From Neophaeotheca triangularis (Eukaryota), in the NCBI GenBank assembly GCA_054600435.1, contig BAAIJX010000012.1, positions 248,001 to 312,000 on the forward strand: a DNA stretch of 64,000 nucleotides, read 5' to 3'. Below the pieces are notes generated by a model. It saw nothing but the letters and a program-made list of their open reading frames with translations, did no database searches and had not been told where the DNA came from. The first letter of the stretch is position 1. Each line of letters opens with the position of its first letter. The position numbers and the translations under genes were made by a program. Of the stretch, positions 61,111-64,000 are shown in pieces.

Positions 61111-62397
61111 GTTCCGAGGGTTTGGAGAAGTGGGAAAGCAGCAGTGAGTAGAGTAATGAGTAAAGTAAGTAGAACAGTGGGTGAAAGAATGCAATTCAGT
61201 GGAGGATAGTTTGCAGACTGCCTCGAATCAGCAATTTCCAGCTTACTCTGGAGCTTTGCTGTGGTACCGATTGTATTCAATGTGTACCTTCTACATACAT
61301 TCATTCAGGAGTGAGATTGTACTTCGGTTGAGAGCAGTGGAGGTCCTACCTCACACGTGAAGCTGTAAGGTAAGTTTCGAGTTCACGAGGTGAGCTGTGG
61401 TTTTGTTGATGCCTCAGGCATAAACTTACCCTTCAGATTCACCTTTGGTCGCGAAGCTCGATAGAAAGTTCCCTCCTACACTATTCAACAAGCGATCCAC
61501 GCCCTGAGAAGCACATACATGGACGACCGACGGTGTAGACCACCGCATCTCCCTCGTTCATACTGGACTCGCAGGAAAGCTATCTTGGAAGGACAGTAGT
61601 GAAGGACTTCCGAAAATGGCTACATAGGTACCTAGCCTACGTTCACTGGTTGTCTCGGGAGCCATGGCATCACCGGCGTTATACTTTCGGAGCTTGAATC
61701 ACTGTCACTTTACCACTTGCGGCTTCCACGCGTCCGATGCCTTCAATTAATTGTCAGAGAAGTCTTCTCGGTCAAGTTTACAGTTCGGGAAATTCGGAGG
61801 CTTTCACAAGGTTCACGTTGCATTTCGTGCATGCTAGCTATTCTATTGGGGGATCGACTCGAGTTCAACATGACCAGCAACGCCACTCTATCTCCATCTA
61901 CCATTCGATCCGTACGGTATGCGGGATGGACACCAAGCCATCTTCATCATTGCTCAAGACTCTTGGCTTTACCATCTGCTGCTGCTCCCCGCCTGAAGAC
62001 TGCCCAGTCTGTCGAAGCGTTACCTCCGTACTCCGTACCTAGCGTCTAGGAAATGGAGATACGCATTATCCGCAATCGGTCCAGGGGGTTCCTACTGCCG
62101 TCGCGTCTGGCACGGCCTCCATTAATTCCCTTGGATGAATCGTGGGGTCGACCGTTTGTGGAGAACACCAGACCACGACGACATGGGCAATTCGGTACTA
62201 TTACACATGAACAACCTTCCGACGGCAGACGTTTATAGGCTGTGAAAGATCGCCACTGATGCGGTAGAAAAGTCTCGAGGGCGTCACTGGCATGAAATAT
62301 GATCTTAGCCCTTTTGCTCTTTTCTATTTCGCTTTTGGCAGAGGACACCTGAGTAAGTCTCCATCCTCAATACACATTTCCACGTCGTAGATTCGTT

Positions 62398-63957
62398 ATG
62401 CAGCAATTCTCAGTTCTACTTGCCCTTTCGGGCCTACTTTCGCAACCATCTTCCGCGGCTCCAGCTCCGAAGCAAACCCTCGAAGAGGATACCATTCAAG
62501 AACGACAGCTTCTTGGTGGCCTTCTGAACGGTGTAACCAGTACAGTTGATGACCTGCTGAACGGCGCCAATGCTGTTGTTTCGGGAGCTGTAGGCACTAT
62601 TGAAGCTGTTGCAAATGGAAACGCTGGCCAGGATGATCCGTACGGCACCGTCCTCGACGCTCTACGGCCGATCGATCGCGACGCCTCCCCGGACAGTGTT
62701 GAAGACGCCTTTGACGGACTTCAGAAGCTGTTGACTGCTGACCCGCCGCCATCCAACCTTTACGGCACGATTGGAAACCTGGTAGCTGCCGGTTTAAGTC
62801 CCCAAAACATCGAAGATAACTTGCGATTCGTCGAGGGTGCTCTGACCGGAGAGAACAGCGTTAACAATAATAACCCACGCAATCCTTCACCTCGAGCGTT
62901 CCCGAAAGCAAGCAGCCGAGATGCGCCGTACAGTCTATCCGAATCGCAGCTTCGTTCCGCCATTCACATCCCCTCAACCTTCCAGTATGGCCGCAATGGT
63001 GCACCCCAACCCGCGATTCTGGTTCCTGGTACGGGAAACACAGGATATGCCACCTTCATTGGCAACTACATACCACTCCTGCAAGGATCGCAGATTGCCG
63101 ACCCTGTCTGGCTAAACATCCCGTCCTTTCTCTTGCAAGATTCGCAATTATCGGTAAGCTGCCATTGTCCTTAAGAAAACGCCAGGCTGACCAACTTGAA
63201 GGGCGAATACGTCGCATACGCAATAAACTACATCTACGGTATCAGTAACCGCCGTAAAGTGGCCGTCATTGGCTGGTCTCAAGGCAACATCAACTCGCAA
63301 TGGGCATTCAAGTACTGGCCCTCGACCCGCAGCCGTACCACGGACTTAATCGCCTTTTCCGCCGACTACCACGGCACTACGGTAGCCAACTTGGTTGCGG
63401 CGCCGGGAGCACCTCTACCCCCCTCGGTTCTCCAGCAACAGCGCAACTCCAACTACATTACCACGCTGCGCAGAAATGGCGGCGACTCCGCTTACGTACC
63501 AACCACCAACGTCTACTCGAGCTTTCTCGACGAGATCGTACAGCCGCAAGCGGGCACGGGCGCTTCCGCTTTCCTGTTGCAAAACAACGGCGTGCAAGCA
63601 ACAAATACCGAAGTACAGAGGGTCTGCCCACAGCAACCCGCTGGACTCTTCTACACCCACGAGGGCGTCCTGTACAACCCAATCGGCTTCGAGCTGCTCA
63701 AAGATGCGCTCGCGCATTCAGGGCCAGGTCGGGTTGATAGGATCGATCTGCAGAGTGTCTGCAACCTGCTCTTGACTTCAGGGCTGAGTGCCACCAACTT
63801 GCTTCAGACGGAGAATGCGATCGTCGTTGCCGGGCTCGCTATCGTTGTCTATGAGCCCAAGGTTGTCACTGAGCCTCGAATCAAAGGTGAGAAATCCTGT
63901 CGCCTCCTCCGTTGAAATTCTGCATCCTAACGTTACTACAAAGCATACGCTCGGTAA
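62398..63957 (+). CDS. Secreted lipase B (CalB)-like hydrolase
   Basis: Signal peptide. DAPYSLSESQLRSAIHIP, ILVPGTG, GWSQG (CalB has TWSQG), DYHGT, DEIVQP and THEG. Introns 63154-63201 and 63887-63943. Confidence 0.9.
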
Positions 63958-64000
63958 TGCCAGGTGGCGCTGGTGGCTTTCGTTATTGCCTCAAAGCGAT

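Noticed and set aside
1..64000. tRNA, rRNA, snoRNA, CRISPR arrays and intact transposons
   Set aside because: GTTCGA hits I noticed fall inside CDSs without cloverleafs. C-box-like RTGATGA words lack matching D boxes and stems. I saw no repeat-spacer arrays, transposase or RT motifs, LTRs or TIRs. A covariance-model search (Infernal/tRNAscan) was not possible.

Overview
This is gene-dense eukaryotic DNA from a filamentous ascomycete. It shows short GT-AG introns with CTRAC branch sites. Placement in Pezizomycotina, possibly Dothideomycetes, is inference only. I rebuilt 25 protein-coding genes by hand, most of them spliced. In order they are: a Zn2Cys6 transcription factor, an SDR and an MFS transporter (a possible catabolic mini-cluster), Mak21/Noc1, a DHA1 MFS transporter, Rxt2, an F-box protein, homocysteine S-methyltransferase, a UBTD/DC-UbP-like protein, a PH-domain protein, Vps26, a SulP-STAS-cNMP transporter (Vsb1-like), a Sel1-repeat protein (Nif1-like), a dehydrin-like hydrophilin, a large disordered orphan, branched-chain aminotransferase, Nas6, TRAPPC11, mitochondrial ProRS, a C2H2 protein, a CIA30-family protein, a bZIP factor, an epoxide hydrolase and a CalB-like lipase. 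I saw no tRNA, rRNA, intact transposon or CRISPR array. The most notable signal is in two genes, UBTD-like (TAG) and VPS26 (TGA). Each stop codon is followed directly by a protein-like, stop-free, in-frame run of 123-124 codons, which makes them candidates for stop-codon readthrough or stop-loss RNA editing. Other points of interest are a C-rich-to-G-rich polarity inside several ORFs, several in-frame stop-free introns, and degenerate gene relics.
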